64,000 nucleotides of DNA, from contig OZ244163.1 of NCBI GenBank assembly GCA_965216495.1, forward strand, positions 683,361-747,360. The letters run 5' to 3'. Both the position numbers and the translations under genes were made by a program. Each line of letters starts with the position of its first letter. Position 1 is the first letter of the stretch. Shown one piece after another: positions 40,712-50,500 of this stretch. The notes under the pieces were generated by a model. It was not told where the DNA came from. It ran no database searches and worked only from the letters and a program-made list of their open reading frames with translations. This DNA comes from Acidimicrobiia bacterium. Its GTDB lineage: Bacteria; Actinomycetota; Acidimicrobiia; Spongiisociales; ZC4RG35.

Positions 40712-41016
40712 CCGTTTTGCTCGCCGTGATCATCGTCGGGATCGGTACCTATCTGAGCAGGTCGATCTTCATCCTCGCGCTGGCCAACAGGACCATTCCC
40801 GAGGCAGTACGCACCGCGCTTCAGTTCGTAGCTCCAGCCGTGCTGGCGTCGCTGGTCGTAGCGCTTCTGATCGACTCCGAGGGCAACGTTGCGGTAGGGG
40901 CTCCGGAGTTGGCCGCCTTCGCCGTCGGTGGCCTTGTCGCAACCAAGAGCCGCAACCACATCTACACCCTGATCGCGGGGATGACGGTGTTTTGGCTCGT
41001 CCGAGCTCTTCTGTGA
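40708..41016 (+). CDS. azlD: AzlD-family branched-chain amino acid transport protein
   Basis: ATG at 40708 overlaps the azlC stop (ATGA). Length is 102 aa with three TM segments. Confidence 0.75.
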   Translation: MTVLLAVIIVGIGTYLSRSIFILALANRTIPEAVRTALQFVAPAVLASLVVALLIDSEGNVAVGAPELAAFAVGGLVATKSRNHIYTLIAGMTVFWLVRALL

Positions 41017-41154
41017 GGGAAAACGCTGGCCTAGGCCGCAAAAACCCTCACAGAAACTGAGAAAACCCCTGGTCACAGCGACGCGATACGGTCTCGCCGT
41101 CTAGCTTTGCCACGCCGACGACCTCAAGACCTGAGGTCGCGGCGGGAGGAGAAC

Positions 41155-42519
41155 ATGACAGACACCAAAGAACGGAGTTCTGCCGCCGGCGGCTCCGGTC
41201 TCGACTCGTACTTCAAGCTCTCGGAGCGGGGTACCGACGTTGGCACCGAGGTTCGGGCTGGTATCACGACTTTCCTGGTGATGGCCTACATCATCTTCGT
41301 GAACCCGAGCATTCTGAGTGCCGCGGGCCTAGACCCTGGAGCCGTTGCCGCGGGAACGGCCCTGATAGCCGGTCTGTTGAGCATCCTCATGGGAGTTGTG
41401 GCCAACTCTCCGATTGCGATGGCCACTGGTCTCGGGATCAATGCAGCCGTTGCGTTCGGACTCGTACTGAACGACGGACTCACTCCCGAAGGCGCGATGG
41501 GTGTCATCGTGTTGGAGGGTTTGATCGTTGCAGCCTTGGTCCTCGTGGGGCTACGGGAGGCGATTATGAACGCTGTCCCGATGAGCCTCAAGAGAGCTAT
41601 CGGTGTGGGAATCGGGCTCTTCATTCTGTTCATCGGATTCGTCAACGGCGGTCTGATCGCACAGGGTGGAGGAACACCGGTCGAGTTCGTCTTCCCTAAC
41701 TCGGCTGGCGCCTGGGTGACCGTGATCGGCTTGCTAATCACAGTGCTGCTCTACGCCAAGAAGGTGCCCGGTGCGTTGATTATCAGCATTCTGGCTACCA
41801 CCGTTGTGGCGTTCATCTTTGGCATCGCCAGCTTCCCAGAGTCAATCTCGGTGACACCGAGCTTTGACACCCTCGGAGCATTCGATCTTGGCAACGTGTT
41901 CACCAAGCTCGGATTTGTAGCTGCCGCGCTGACCATCTTCAGCTTCATGTTGACCGACTTCTTCGACACCATGGGCACGGCAACTGCCATCTCGGAGCAG
42001 GCCGGTCTGATCGACGACGAAGGCAACATCGAGGACGTCGGCAAGGTGCTGTTCATCGACTCGATCGGTGCCGCCATCGGTGGCGCCGCAGGTGTCAGCT
42101 CAAACACCAGCTACATCGAAAGCTCGGCGGGAGTAGCCGAAGGTGGCCGAACGGGCCTCACCTCGGTTGTGGTCGGTGTCCTGTTCTTGCTGTCGATTTT
42201 CCTTGCTCCTCTTGCGGGCATCGTGCCTGCCGAGGCGACAGCGCCAGCTCTGATCCTGATCGGGTTCCTGATGGCTGGGCTCATCAAGGGGATCGACTTC
42301 GACGACCTCGAAGAGGGATTCCCGGCCCTTCTAGCCATCGTTCTGATGCCCCTCACCTACAGCATCACCGTCGGCATTGGCGCCGGCTTCGTGTTCTACA
42401 CACTGATCAAGGTGGTCAAGGGCAAGATGGACGAGATCCATCCGCTCATGTGGGTGGTCACCATTTCGTTCCTGATCTACTTCGGCCAGGCCGTTCTCGG
42501 CCAGGCGATTTCGGGCTGA
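41155..42519 (+). CDS. NCS2-family nucleobase (adenine/guanine/hypoxanthine, AzgA/PbuG-like) permease
   Basis: ...DSYFKLSERGTDVGTEVRAGITTFLVMAYIIFVNP... is the hallmark N-terminus. GGGAGGAG RBS lies before the ATG at 41155. Confidence 0.85.
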   Translation: MTDTKERSSAAGGSGLDSYFKLSERGTDVGTEVRAGITTFLVMAYIIFVNPSILSAAGLDPGAVAAGTALIAGLLSILMGVVANSPIAMATGLGINAAVAFGLVLNDGLTPEGAMGVIVLEGLIVAALVLVGLREAIMNAVPMSLKRAIGVGIGLFILFIGFVNGGLIAQGGGTPVEFVFPNSAGAWVTVIGLLITVLLYAKKVPGALIISILATTVVAFIFGIASFPESISVTPSFDTLGAFDLGNVFTKLGFVAAALTIFSFMLTDFFDTMGTATAISEQAGLIDDEGNIEDVGKVLFIDSIGAAIGGAAGVSSNTSYIESSAGVAEGGRTGLTSVVVGVLFLLSIFLAPLAGIVPAEATAPALILIGFLMAGLIKGIDFDDLEEGFPALLAIVLMPLTYSITVGIGAGFVFYTLIKVVKGKMDEIHPLMWVVTISFLIYFGQAVLGQAISG

Positions 42520-42613
42520 AACTGAAAGCCGTGTGCAGCTGGAGTCCGAAAGTGGCTCCAGTTGCGCATGCGCAGCTTCCTAAAGGCTTGCCGGGTGCGA
42601 TAGCGTCGCTGAT

Positions 42614-42994
42614 ATGACCGACTTCTTCGTAAACGCGCACTCTGGCTGGCAGTACGTGGTGCTGGTGGCGTTGATCGTCGCCCTCTACTTCGCCTTTGCC
42701 CGACCCACACTCAACGCCACGTCATCGCGGGTGTACTCACTGTCGGCTGTGGCCGTGGATATCCAGGTGACGCTTGGATTGATTGTCTGGATCCTCAAGA
42801 GCGGGTGGTCTCTCGGCGTTGTCCAAGGTTGGATTCACCCGATCATCGGCCTGGCCGCCTTAGGAGTGATCCATGTTTTCTTGGGTCGTGCCCGCAAAGG
42901 TCATCCCGAGGTGGCTGGCAAGACCGTGAAGCTCGGCTTCGCCATTGCCTTGGCATTGGTCGTGGTGGCGATCGGAATCGCCGAGTCGGCTTAA
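42614..42994 (+). CDS. Hypothetical membrane protein
   Basis: 126 aa with four hydrophobic helices. Confidence 0.45.
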   Translation: MTDFFVNAHSGWQYVVLVALIVALYFAFARPTLNATSSRVYSLSAVAVDIQVTLGLIVWILKSGWSLGVVQGWIHPIIGLAALGVIHVFLGRARKGHPEVAGKTVKLGFAIALALVVVAIGIAESA

Positions 42995-43002
42995 CGCCGG
43001 GC

Positions 43003-43290
43003 TCAGTCTTCGGTCTCGACGATTGTGAACTGCCTCACCGAGGCGGACAGCGCCTGGCCGAGGATTGCTTGATACTCGTCTGACTCGTAGGCCTCAACGG
43101 CTCGTTCGAATGTAGGAAATCTCACCAGCACGTTCCGTGGGAAGTCGCGTCCCTCCTTTTGGACGTAGCGACCTGCCCGCGCCACAAACTCCCCGTCGAA
43201 CGCAGGCACCACCTGACTCGAACCCTTGACGTATTCGGCGTACTGCCCTTCGTCGGTGACGTCGATATGCACTACCCACATTCCCGCCAT
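43003..43290 (-). CDS. DUF1330 domain-containing protein
   Basis: MWVVHIDVTDEGQYAEYVKG...FPTFERAVEAYESDEYQ matches the DUF1330 pattern. Start is the internal ATG. Confidence 0.6.
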   Translation of the reverse strand: MAGMWVVHIDVTDEGQYAEYVKGSSQVVPAFDGEFVARAGRYVQKEGRDFPRNVLVRFPTFERAVEAYESDEYQAILGQALSASVRQFTIVETED

Positions 43291-43292
43291 TG

Positions 43293-43652
43293 TCAGCCCT
43301 CCAGTGTCGTTGCCTGCATGAATCGCAGTTTCCAACTCGATCCATCTTGCACCCATACCGAGCTTCGACGGGCTCTCTCCGGCTTGCCGTCGCGCCGAAC
43401 CACGTTCTCGTATGTGACCAAGACGACTTCGTGGGTCAGCGCTTCGACCTTGAAATTCTCGAACGGGTATTCCACCTCGACAGAAGGAACGGTTGGCTGC
43501 AGGAGGTGCTCACGGTCGTAGACATTCCCAAATCGGCAGAAGTCAGCAACGTCGGCTGCCAGTAGCTGGTCTCGCCGGGTTGGGTCACTGCGCCAGATGT
43601 CTTCTTCCAGCGTCCTGAACAATTCAGTGTCGATGGTCATCTCCATCACCAC
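43293..43652 (-). CDS. NTF2-like (SnoaL/DUF4440-like) protein
   Basis: 119 aa with ...WVQDGSSWKLRFMQAT at the C-terminus, typical of NTF2-like folds. Confidence 0.5.
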   Translation of the reverse strand: MVMEMTIDTELFRTLEEDIWRSDPTRRDQLLAADVADFCRFGNVYDREHLLQPTVPSVEVEYPFENFKVEALTHEVVLVTYENVVRRDGKPERARRSSVWVQDGSSWKLRFMQATTLEG

Positions 43653-43853
43653 AGCGTATCGAGAAGCAGGGTCGTGGGGGCGATGGGAGGAGGGGTTTGA
43701 AAGGGGACGGCTCGCTCTAGTTCGGAGGAAGGATCGTCCCCTTTCTGGTCCAACTAGGAGAAATTGGAGTTCGCCTGGCTTATCGTCTGAGAACGGCTCT
43801 CCTGTCGCGCAATGCCGAGAAAGATCGCGCGACAGTTTCAGCAGGTGAACACG

Positions 43854-44402
43854 ATGAACAGGACGATGGCGAACGGGCCCGCCGCTGATGGCTCAGCACC
43901 TGTGATGGACGCAGGCCAGTTCGACGCGCTCTATCGCCAAAACGTCGGATCGATCCACCGGTACGCCGCATCGCGGCTTGGGGTGCACGAAGGCGAGGAC
44001 GTTACCGCCGAGGTTTTCCACGCCGCCGTCCGTGCCATCCAGTCGGGTGTCGACGTCAACGGTGCCTGGCTGATGGCGGTGGTCAAGAACAAGGTCATCG
44101 ACCACTGGCGCCGCACGGAGCGGCGTGACAAGAAGCTGCATCTGATTTGGAGTGATGAAGGACAACCTGAACCACATGAAGGACTGTTTTCGAGGCTCAG
44201 CCAGCAACAGGTGGTGTCCGTGCTCGACCGCCTGTCTGAGAGGCATCGGTTGCTGCTGATGCTCCACTACGTGGACGGCTACACCGCCGCTGATCTCGCC
44301 GAGCTTTCGGGCGGTACTCCGGTCGCCGTTGAGTCTGCCCTCGCCCGGGCACGTCGCTCGTTCCGAAGTCTTTGGGAAGAGGTGGAGGCTCGCAATGCCT
44401 GA
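43854..44402 (+). CDS. ECF-type RNA polymerase sigma factor
   Basis: Region 2 (FDALYRQNVGSIHRYAASRL...) and region 4 (YTAADLAELSGGTPVAVESALARARRSFR). Start is the ATG at 43854; a GTG alternative lies at 43845. Confidence 0.8.
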   Translation: MNRTMANGPAADGSAPVMDAGQFDALYRQNVGSIHRYAASRLGVHEGEDVTAEVFHAAVRAIQSGVDVNGAWLMAVVKNKVIDHWRRTERRDKKLHLIWSDEGQPEPHEGLFSRLSQQQVVSVLDRLSERHRLLLMLHYVDGYTAADLAELSGGTPVAVESALARARRSFRSLWEEVEARNA

Positions 44403-45021
44403 CGCCGGGTTCAAAGAGATGGTCGCCGAGGTCGAGGACTGGTACGACCCGAGTCCCGAGTTCGTCGAGACCCTCTCGTACGAGCTCCACGCTGCGTTGG
44501 AAGGGTCGGTGTTAACGCCACCGAGCGGTCGTCGGAAGGGATCGTGGCTGACGGCAGCCGTCGCGATGGTGGCGGTGGTGAGTCTCGTCGGAGCCTCGGT
44601 CATCAACTCTGGGACGGGGGCGAAGGTGGCTGGAGAAGCCGTCGTTACAGCTCCCATCCAGGTGTCGGTCCCGCGCACAGTAAGCCCGGTGTGTGATCGG
44701 CTGGTGATGAGCGGCGCCGCTACCGGTGCTGGCATCCAAACTCAAGCCGCTTCGATGAGTGTGGTGCCCGGACTCCCGCAGGTGTCGATCGCTGACATGC
44801 GTCAAGCTCTGTTGGATGTGGCGGCGGCCTACGAGGCAAACCCCGAAGCCAATCGGGTCATGGCGGCTGGTCTCCAGTCAGCGATCAGCGACTTTGGTCT
44901 GGCGTCTCTTTACATGCGTCTCGGTGAATTTGCCGAGGCGCAACTGCACCTGGACACTGGACGGGAGACCCTCGGCGCTCTTCACTCCGACCCGTTTTTC
45001 GCGGCCTGTTTCGGTCTCTGA
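44395..45021 (+). CDS. Putative anti-sigma factor-like single-pass membrane protein
   Basis: Overlaps the sigma stop by 8 bp. One TM (WLTAAVAMVAVVSLVGASVI) separates the cytoplasmic and external parts. Confidence 0.5.
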   Translation: MPDAGFKEMVAEVEDWYDPSPEFVETLSYELHAALEGSVLTPPSGRRKGSWLTAAVAMVAVVSLVGASVINSGTGAKVAGEAVVTAPIQVSVPRTVSPVCDRLVMSGAATGAGIQTQAASMSVVPGLPQVSIADMRQALLDVAAAYEANPEANRVMAAGLQSAISDFGLASLYMRLGEFAEAQLHLDTGRETLGALHSDPFFAACFGL

Positions 45022-45190
45022 TAGGAGGTTGATGTCAGTCGTCTGTGTCGGGGTAAACCCCGATGGACGGCCGCAGACACACCTCTAGTGTCTCTGATGT
45101 GTTGTGGTTGAAACGGCCGTTGGTCGTTTGGGTGCTTGCGTTGCCGTTGATGGCGTTGTCGTGTCAGGGGCCAGCTCCGTTCCTGCCTGA

Positions 45191-45598
45191 ATGCGGCGGG
45201 AATGTCGAACAGGAACGACCGGCGATCTAGCCACCGATATTGTCGGGGCCTGGTCGGGGTCTCCAAGCGCGAGTCCAGAACATCACCCAATCGCGCATTT
45301 GGGTCAAACATTCGGAGGGATCGAAGGGCATCGGGTGTGGATGTTTCGTAGCGACGGATCCGGCCACGTCTGGTACGGAACCGAATTCGCCGGAGGAGCC
45401 GTGGATAATGACGTGTCGTTTCTGTGGCGCATCGACGAAGAAGGACTACTCGTGGTCGACGATTTGCCGCCAGGCGACTTCGACATCGGCACTCCGGTGA
45501 GTGCTGCCCTTTTCGGGGCGGGGGAACCCCGGAGGACGCTTAGTCTCATTCGATGCGACCTGGTGGTTCCTGATGGGATACGGGGATTGGATCGGTGA
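45191..45598 (+). CDS. Hypothetical protein (possibly 3' part of a frameshifted lipoprotein gene)
   Basis: 135-aa ORF. An upstream sORF in another frame (45099-45230) encodes a lipoprotein-type signal peptide. Confidence 0.3.
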   Translation: MRRECRTGTTGDLATDIVGAWSGSPSASPEHHPIAHLGQTFGGIEGHRVWMFRSDGSGHVWYGTEFAGGAVDNDVSFLWRIDEEGLLVVDDLPPGDFDIGTPVSAALFGAGEPRRTLSLIRCDLVVPDGIRGLDR

Positions 45599-45693
45599 TC
45601 ACATCCTGACCGGCAACAAAGCTGTCCAGAAGTTTTTCTGTTGACTGTCCCTGTGAGGCGAAATCTGTCGGGGGTACCCGATAGGTTCTCAGT

Positions 45694-46851
45694 ATGGGAG
45701 TGGGAGCGAAACGTCGAACAGCACCGGTAGTCATTCCACGTTTGGGCGACCCGAAGGCAGCAACCTTCGACGTCCGTGACGAGCACCTGATGTTGCTGGA
45801 GGCCGCCCGACACGAGTTGGAGGTGGAGTGGACCCGAGTCCTCGCCGCCAGCGACGCTGCGTCCGATCACGACGCCATGAACTACCCATCCACGGTCGCC
45901 TACTTGAAGCACCGGATGGGGCTGTCGGGCAGTCGGGCCAATCGATACGTCCGAAACGCTCGAATTGCCGCAGCGCACCCCGCAACCCAGTCTGCATGGG
46001 AGAACCGTCAGATCTCAACCGATGAAGCCGAACTCATGTTTCGTGCCGCCGAGCGAGATCTCGATCGTTATGCGAAAGCCGAGCCAGTGCTCCTCGAACT
46101 CGTCGGAGACGGAGTCGACGAAACAAGAACGGTGCTCGAATACTGGCGCAACGACGTCGACCTTCCGGGTGTTCTCCTCGATGCGGAAGAGCAGCTTGCG
46201 AAACGCCGGTTCGACATCAGCCGACGGTCGAACGGAATGATTCGCGGTGAGTTCGAACTGCCCTCACTTGAAGGGGAGGGTCTCCTGTCGTCGCTTGACG
46301 CCTTGATGCCACCACCGTCCTCGGACGACGAGCGAACCACCGTGCAGCGTCGCGCCGATGCATTAGGTGACCTTGCCCGGTCGTTTCTCGACGGAGGGAG
46401 TACTCCCACGGCGGGCGGCGAACGGCCGCACTTCAACGTCCATGTCGACTTTCAGGCCCTCGTCGGAGACTCGGGCGGTTTGCACGAGACCACAGACGGT
46501 CTGGTCCTAGACCCGTTTGCGATTAGTCAGCTGGGATGTGACGCCTCAGTCACTCGCATCGTGTTTGGCCCCGCATCAGAAGTCCTGGATGTCGGTCGCC
46601 GAACACGGGTGGTCCCGGCAGCACTGCGTAGGGCCGTGGTGGCGCGAGATCGCCACTGCGTCGCTCCAGGCTGCGGTCGGTTCGCAGGGTGGTGCGATGT
46701 TCATCATGTCATCCCCTGGGCAATGGGCGGCGAGACAGTGGTCACAAATCTCGTCCTGGTGTGTCGGTACCACCACCGATTGGTTCACCTCGACCTACTC
46801 GATCTGAGCGAGGTGGTTCCAGTGTCAGAGGGCCGCGGTCGCAGTCCCTGA
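45694..46851 (+). CDS. DUF222-domain HNH endonuclease (REP13E12-family-like)
   Basis: N-terminal DUF222-like region and C-terminal HNH (...HHVIPWAMGGETVVTNLVLVCRYHHRLVH). Confidence 0.8.
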   Translation: MGVGAKRRTAPVVIPRLGDPKAATFDVRDEHLMLLEAARHELEVEWTRVLAASDAASDHDAMNYPSTVAYLKHRMGLSGSRANRYVRNARIAAAHPATQSAWENRQISTDEAELMFRAAERDLDRYAKAEPVLLELVGDGVDETRTVLEYWRNDVDLPGVLLDAEEQLAKRRFDISRRSNGMIRGEFELPSLEGEGLLSSLDALMPPPSSDDERTTVQRRADALGDLARSFLDGGSTPTAGGERPHFNVHVDFQALVGDSGGLHETTDGLVLDPFAISQLGCDASVTRIVFGPASEVLDVGRRTRVVPAALRRAVVARDRHCVAPGCGRFAGWCDVHHVIPWAMGGETVVTNLVLVCRYHHRLVHLDLLDLSEVVPVSEGRGRSP

Positions 46852-46859
46852 GTGGGAGC

Positions 46860-47474
46860 TCAGCGTCGAGCCCTCACGAAGTAGTAATGCCAATGCTTGG
46901 TGTTTCCCTCCAGTCCGAAGGGGCCCTCGGCGTCGACTTCCTCGACGTCGACATCGGACCACGCGTCAAAGGCCTCGTCTATCCACGTGCGGTCGACAGC
47001 CGCCACGTTGACTCCATCAATCCAGTCGTCGTTGTTGCCGAAGAAATGGCCGGCGAAACTGCCTTCGCCGTTCACTGCATCGAGGGCGTTAGCCACTGCG
47101 GCTTCGAGACGAGAACCAGCGAAAGGCAGCGACATCTGTGCGTATACGAGGTCTGCCTTCGGCAGCTCGACTTCCTCGAAGCTCCCGATACTGATCTCGA
47201 GATCTTCTTGAAGGTCGGTGTCGATGTGGTTCTGGAGCAACTTCTCTGCCGTCGGAGATGAGTCGGTGGCAAAAACGCGCCACCCCCGTTCGAGGAACGC
47301 TCGGGACTCAGCCCCACCGCCGCAACCGAGATCTATGACGAGTCGTTGGTAGTCCGCTTCGCCCACCCACTCGAGCGCCTGGTGAAAGAAGGGAAGAGGT
47401 GGGCGGTTGGTCGTCCCTTCGAGAAACGGCGCCCATCCGTCCTTCTTGGTGTCCCACGGTGCGGTTTCAGTCAT
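46860..47474 (-). CDS. Class I SAM-dependent methyltransferase
   Basis: Motif I VIDLGCGGG. Length is 204 aa. Confidence 0.7.
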   Translation of the reverse strand: MTETAPWDTKKDGWAPFLEGTTNRPPLPFFHQALEWVGEADYQRLVIDLGCGGGAESRAFLERGWRVFATDSSPTAEKLLQNHIDTDLQEDLEISIGSFEEVELPKADLVYAQMSLPFAGSRLEAAVANALDAVNGEGSFAGHFFGNNDDWIDGVNVAAVDRTWIDEAFDAWSDVDVEEVDAEGPFGLEGNTKHWHYYFVRARR

Positions 47475-47496
47475 CTGACGAGCCTAAGGCCACGCA

Positions 47497-47529
47497 AAAG
47501 GGAGGGGCGGCGAAACCACCCCTCCCTTT
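47497..47529 (-). terminator. Rho-independent terminator for nrdJ
   Basis: Perfect 11-bp inverted repeat AAAGGGAGGGG...CCCCTCCCTTT. On the minus strand it is followed by TTTTGCG. Confidence 0.7.
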
Positions 47530-47546
47530 GGTTCGATCTCGATCGG

Positions 47547-50500
47547 TTAGCTGCAGCCCGTTGTGTCGCCGCAGGTGAGGCACACGTAACAACTGCCGTT
47601 GCGAACCGTCATGTGGCCACAGTTGGAGCACGCAGGCGCATCGCCCATGTTCTCCGACAGAGCTGCGTCGGCAACAGCAGCTTTGCCGTTGGCGGTTGCG
47701 GCCATGGCCTTGGCCGGCTCAGGCGCTTTGACCTTGTCGTCGGAACTATCGAGAAACTCGACAGCCGATTTCACTGCCTCGACGTCGGCATCGGCGGCGG
47801 CATCCGTCAGATCTAGCTGGACCCCGGCGTCGGCGGCGAGACCTGCTGGCGGCTCCGGGAAGTCGCTGTCCCGGTTCGGGGGAACCTGGGCCAGCTCATC
47901 GCGGTGCAAGTACTCGACTCCGAGGGCGCGGAACACATAGTCAACGATGGAGTTGGCCATCTTGATGTTGTCGTGTCCCTCGACCATCCCTCTCGGCTCG
48001 AAGGTTTGGAACGTGAAGGTGTCCACGTACTCCTCGAGCGGAACGCCGTACTGGAGCCCCTTCGATACGGCGATGGCGAAGCAGCTGAGGATTCCCTTGA
48101 GGGTCGCCCCTTCCTTGGCCAGGTCGATGAAGATCTCACCGAGGGTGCCGTCGTCGTACTCGCCGGTCCGGAGGAACACCTTGTGTCCACCGACCCGTGC
48201 CTCCTGGTTGAAGCCGTTGCGGCGTGCCGGAAGCATGAAGCGCGGTGGCTTGATTCCCTGGGCGTACGCCTGCGTTGGCGAGATTCCTGCTGGCAGGTTG
48301 CCCCAGTGAATCACCTTCTCCGTTTCGATGGCCTTGGCCAGCTCTTCGGACTCTTCCTCGCCGTCGTCGCCCTCGTCGGCCGTGGCGTTCAGCGGCTGCG
48401 CCGCCTTTGAGCCGTCTCGGTAGAGAGCCATCGCCTTGAGGCCGAGCTCCCATGAAAGGAAGTAGGCATCTTCGATCTCTTCGACGGTCACCTCGTGAGG
48501 CATGTTGATTGTCTTCGAAATCGCACCCGAGATGAACGGCTGAGCGGCGGCCATCATCTTGATGTGACCGTTGTGGTGGATGTAACGCTTCCCGTATCGA
48601 CCGTTCTTGTTGGCTGTATCGAAAACAGCCAGATGGTCGTCGGCGATGTGAGGAGCCCCTTCGATGGTCTGGCGGCCACAGATGTGGTCGTTGGCTTCGG
48701 TGATCTCAGCCCTGGAGAAGCCGAGAGCCTTGAGTAGGTCGAAGTCCCATCCGGTGTAGTCGTCCACCGTGAAGCCGAGCCGCTGAAGAGTGTCCTCGCC
48801 AAACGTGAAGACGTTGAAGGCGTGCTTCAGCTCGAAGACCCCGGGCAGGGTTGCCTGGAGCTTGATCAGGTCCTCTTCCGAGAAGCCAATCTCGAGAAGC
48901 GACTCGGTGTTGATGTGGGGAGCGCCTTCGATCGAGCTGGTTCCCACGATGTACGTGACAACGTTTTCGATCTGATCGGAGCTGTAGCCGAGACGGTTCA
49001 ATGCTGGAGCGACCGACTGGTTGACGATCTTGAAGTAACCGCCACCGGCCAGCTTCTTGAACTTCACGAGGGCGAAATCAGGCTCGACGCCGGTCGTGTC
49101 ACAGTCCATGAGGAGTCCGATAGTTCCCGTTGGTGCCAACACCGTGGCTTGAGCATTCCGATAGCCGTGCTCTTCGCCTCGCTCGAGGGCTAGGTCCCAT
49201 GACTCCTGGGCGGCCGTCACCAGCTCTGCTGGGCAGACTGCAGCATCGATACCCATGACCTTCGTGGAGATGTTGTCGTATTCGTCTCCGTCGTAGGCGG
49301 CGACACGATGGTTGCGGATGACCCGCAGCATGGCATCGCGGTTCTCGTCGTACTTGGGGAACGGTCCGGTCACTTCGGCGATCTCTGCCGAGGTGGCATA
49401 CGAGTATCCGGTGAGGATCGAAGTGAGGCCACCGGCGATGGCCCGACCATCGTCGGAGTCGTAGGCGATGCCCTGTCGCATCAGAAGAGAACCGAGGTTG
49501 GCGTAGCCGAGACCGAGTGTCCGATAGTCGTAGCTGCCCTGAGCGATTTCTCTCGAAGGGAAGTGGGCCATGGCCACCGAGATTTCCAGAACGATGGTCC
49601 ACAGCCGAATGGCGTGCTGGTAGGCGGCCACGTCGAACTCACCGGTCTTGTCGTCGTACAAGCGGACGAGGTTGATCGACGCCAGGTTGCAGGCCGTGTC
49701 GTCGAGGAACATGTATTCAGAGCACGGGTTGGAAGCGTTGATTCGACCGCCGGCAGGGCTGGTGTGCCATTCGTTGATTGTCGTGTCGAACTGGAGCCCA
49801 GGGTCGGCGCAGGCCCAAGCGGCCTCGGCGATACGGTTCCACAGGTCTCTGGCTTTGATGGTCCTACGCACGGAGCCGTCGACTCTGTTGATCAGATCCC
49901 AATCGCCGTCCTCTTCGACTGCCTTGACGAAGTCGTAAGAAACCCGGACCGAGTTGTTCGAGTTCTGGCCGGAGACCGTGGCGTATGCCTCACCGTTGAA
50001 GTCGGCGGGATAGCCACCAGAGGAGATGAGGACCTTGGCCTTCTCTTCTTCGATCTTCTTCCAGTCGACGAAAGTCTCGATGTCTGGGTGGTTGACGTCG
50101 AGGATGACCATCTTTGCGGCGCGTCGGGTTGTACCGCCTGATTTGATGGCGCCGGCAGCCCGATCACCGATCTTGAGGAAAGACATGACTCCCGAGGACT
50201 TGCCCCCACCGGAAAGCAGCTCGCCCTCACCTCTGATCTTGGAGAAGTTGGAGCCGGCACCGGAGCCGAACTTGAAGATCCGTGCTTCACGAACCCATAG
50301 GTCCATGATGCCGCCCGGGTTGACCAGGTCGTCCTCCACACCGTTGATGAAGCAGGCGTGGGGAGCGGGTCGGCTGTAGGAGTCCGGTGACTCGACAAGC
50401 TCGCCGGAGTCCTCGTCTACGTACCAGAAGCCTTGAGCCGGGCCAGTGAGTCCGTAGGCGTGGTGCAGGCCGGTGTTGAACCATTGAGGAGAGTTCGGTG

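Noticed and set aside
41017-41154. Possible purine riboswitch upstream of the NCS2 purine permease
   Set aside because: No match to the conserved purine-riboswitch junction/loop sequences (UAUA...GGGA...CCGUAAA). There is only a simple hairpin, TGAGGG...GGCCTAGGCC...CCCTCA, that looks like the azlD terminator.
47497-47529. Hairpin considered as possible regulatory attenuator for the methyltransferase gene
   Set aside because: The orientation and the U-tract on the minus strand fit a simple nrdJ terminator. It is recorded as a terminator feature only.
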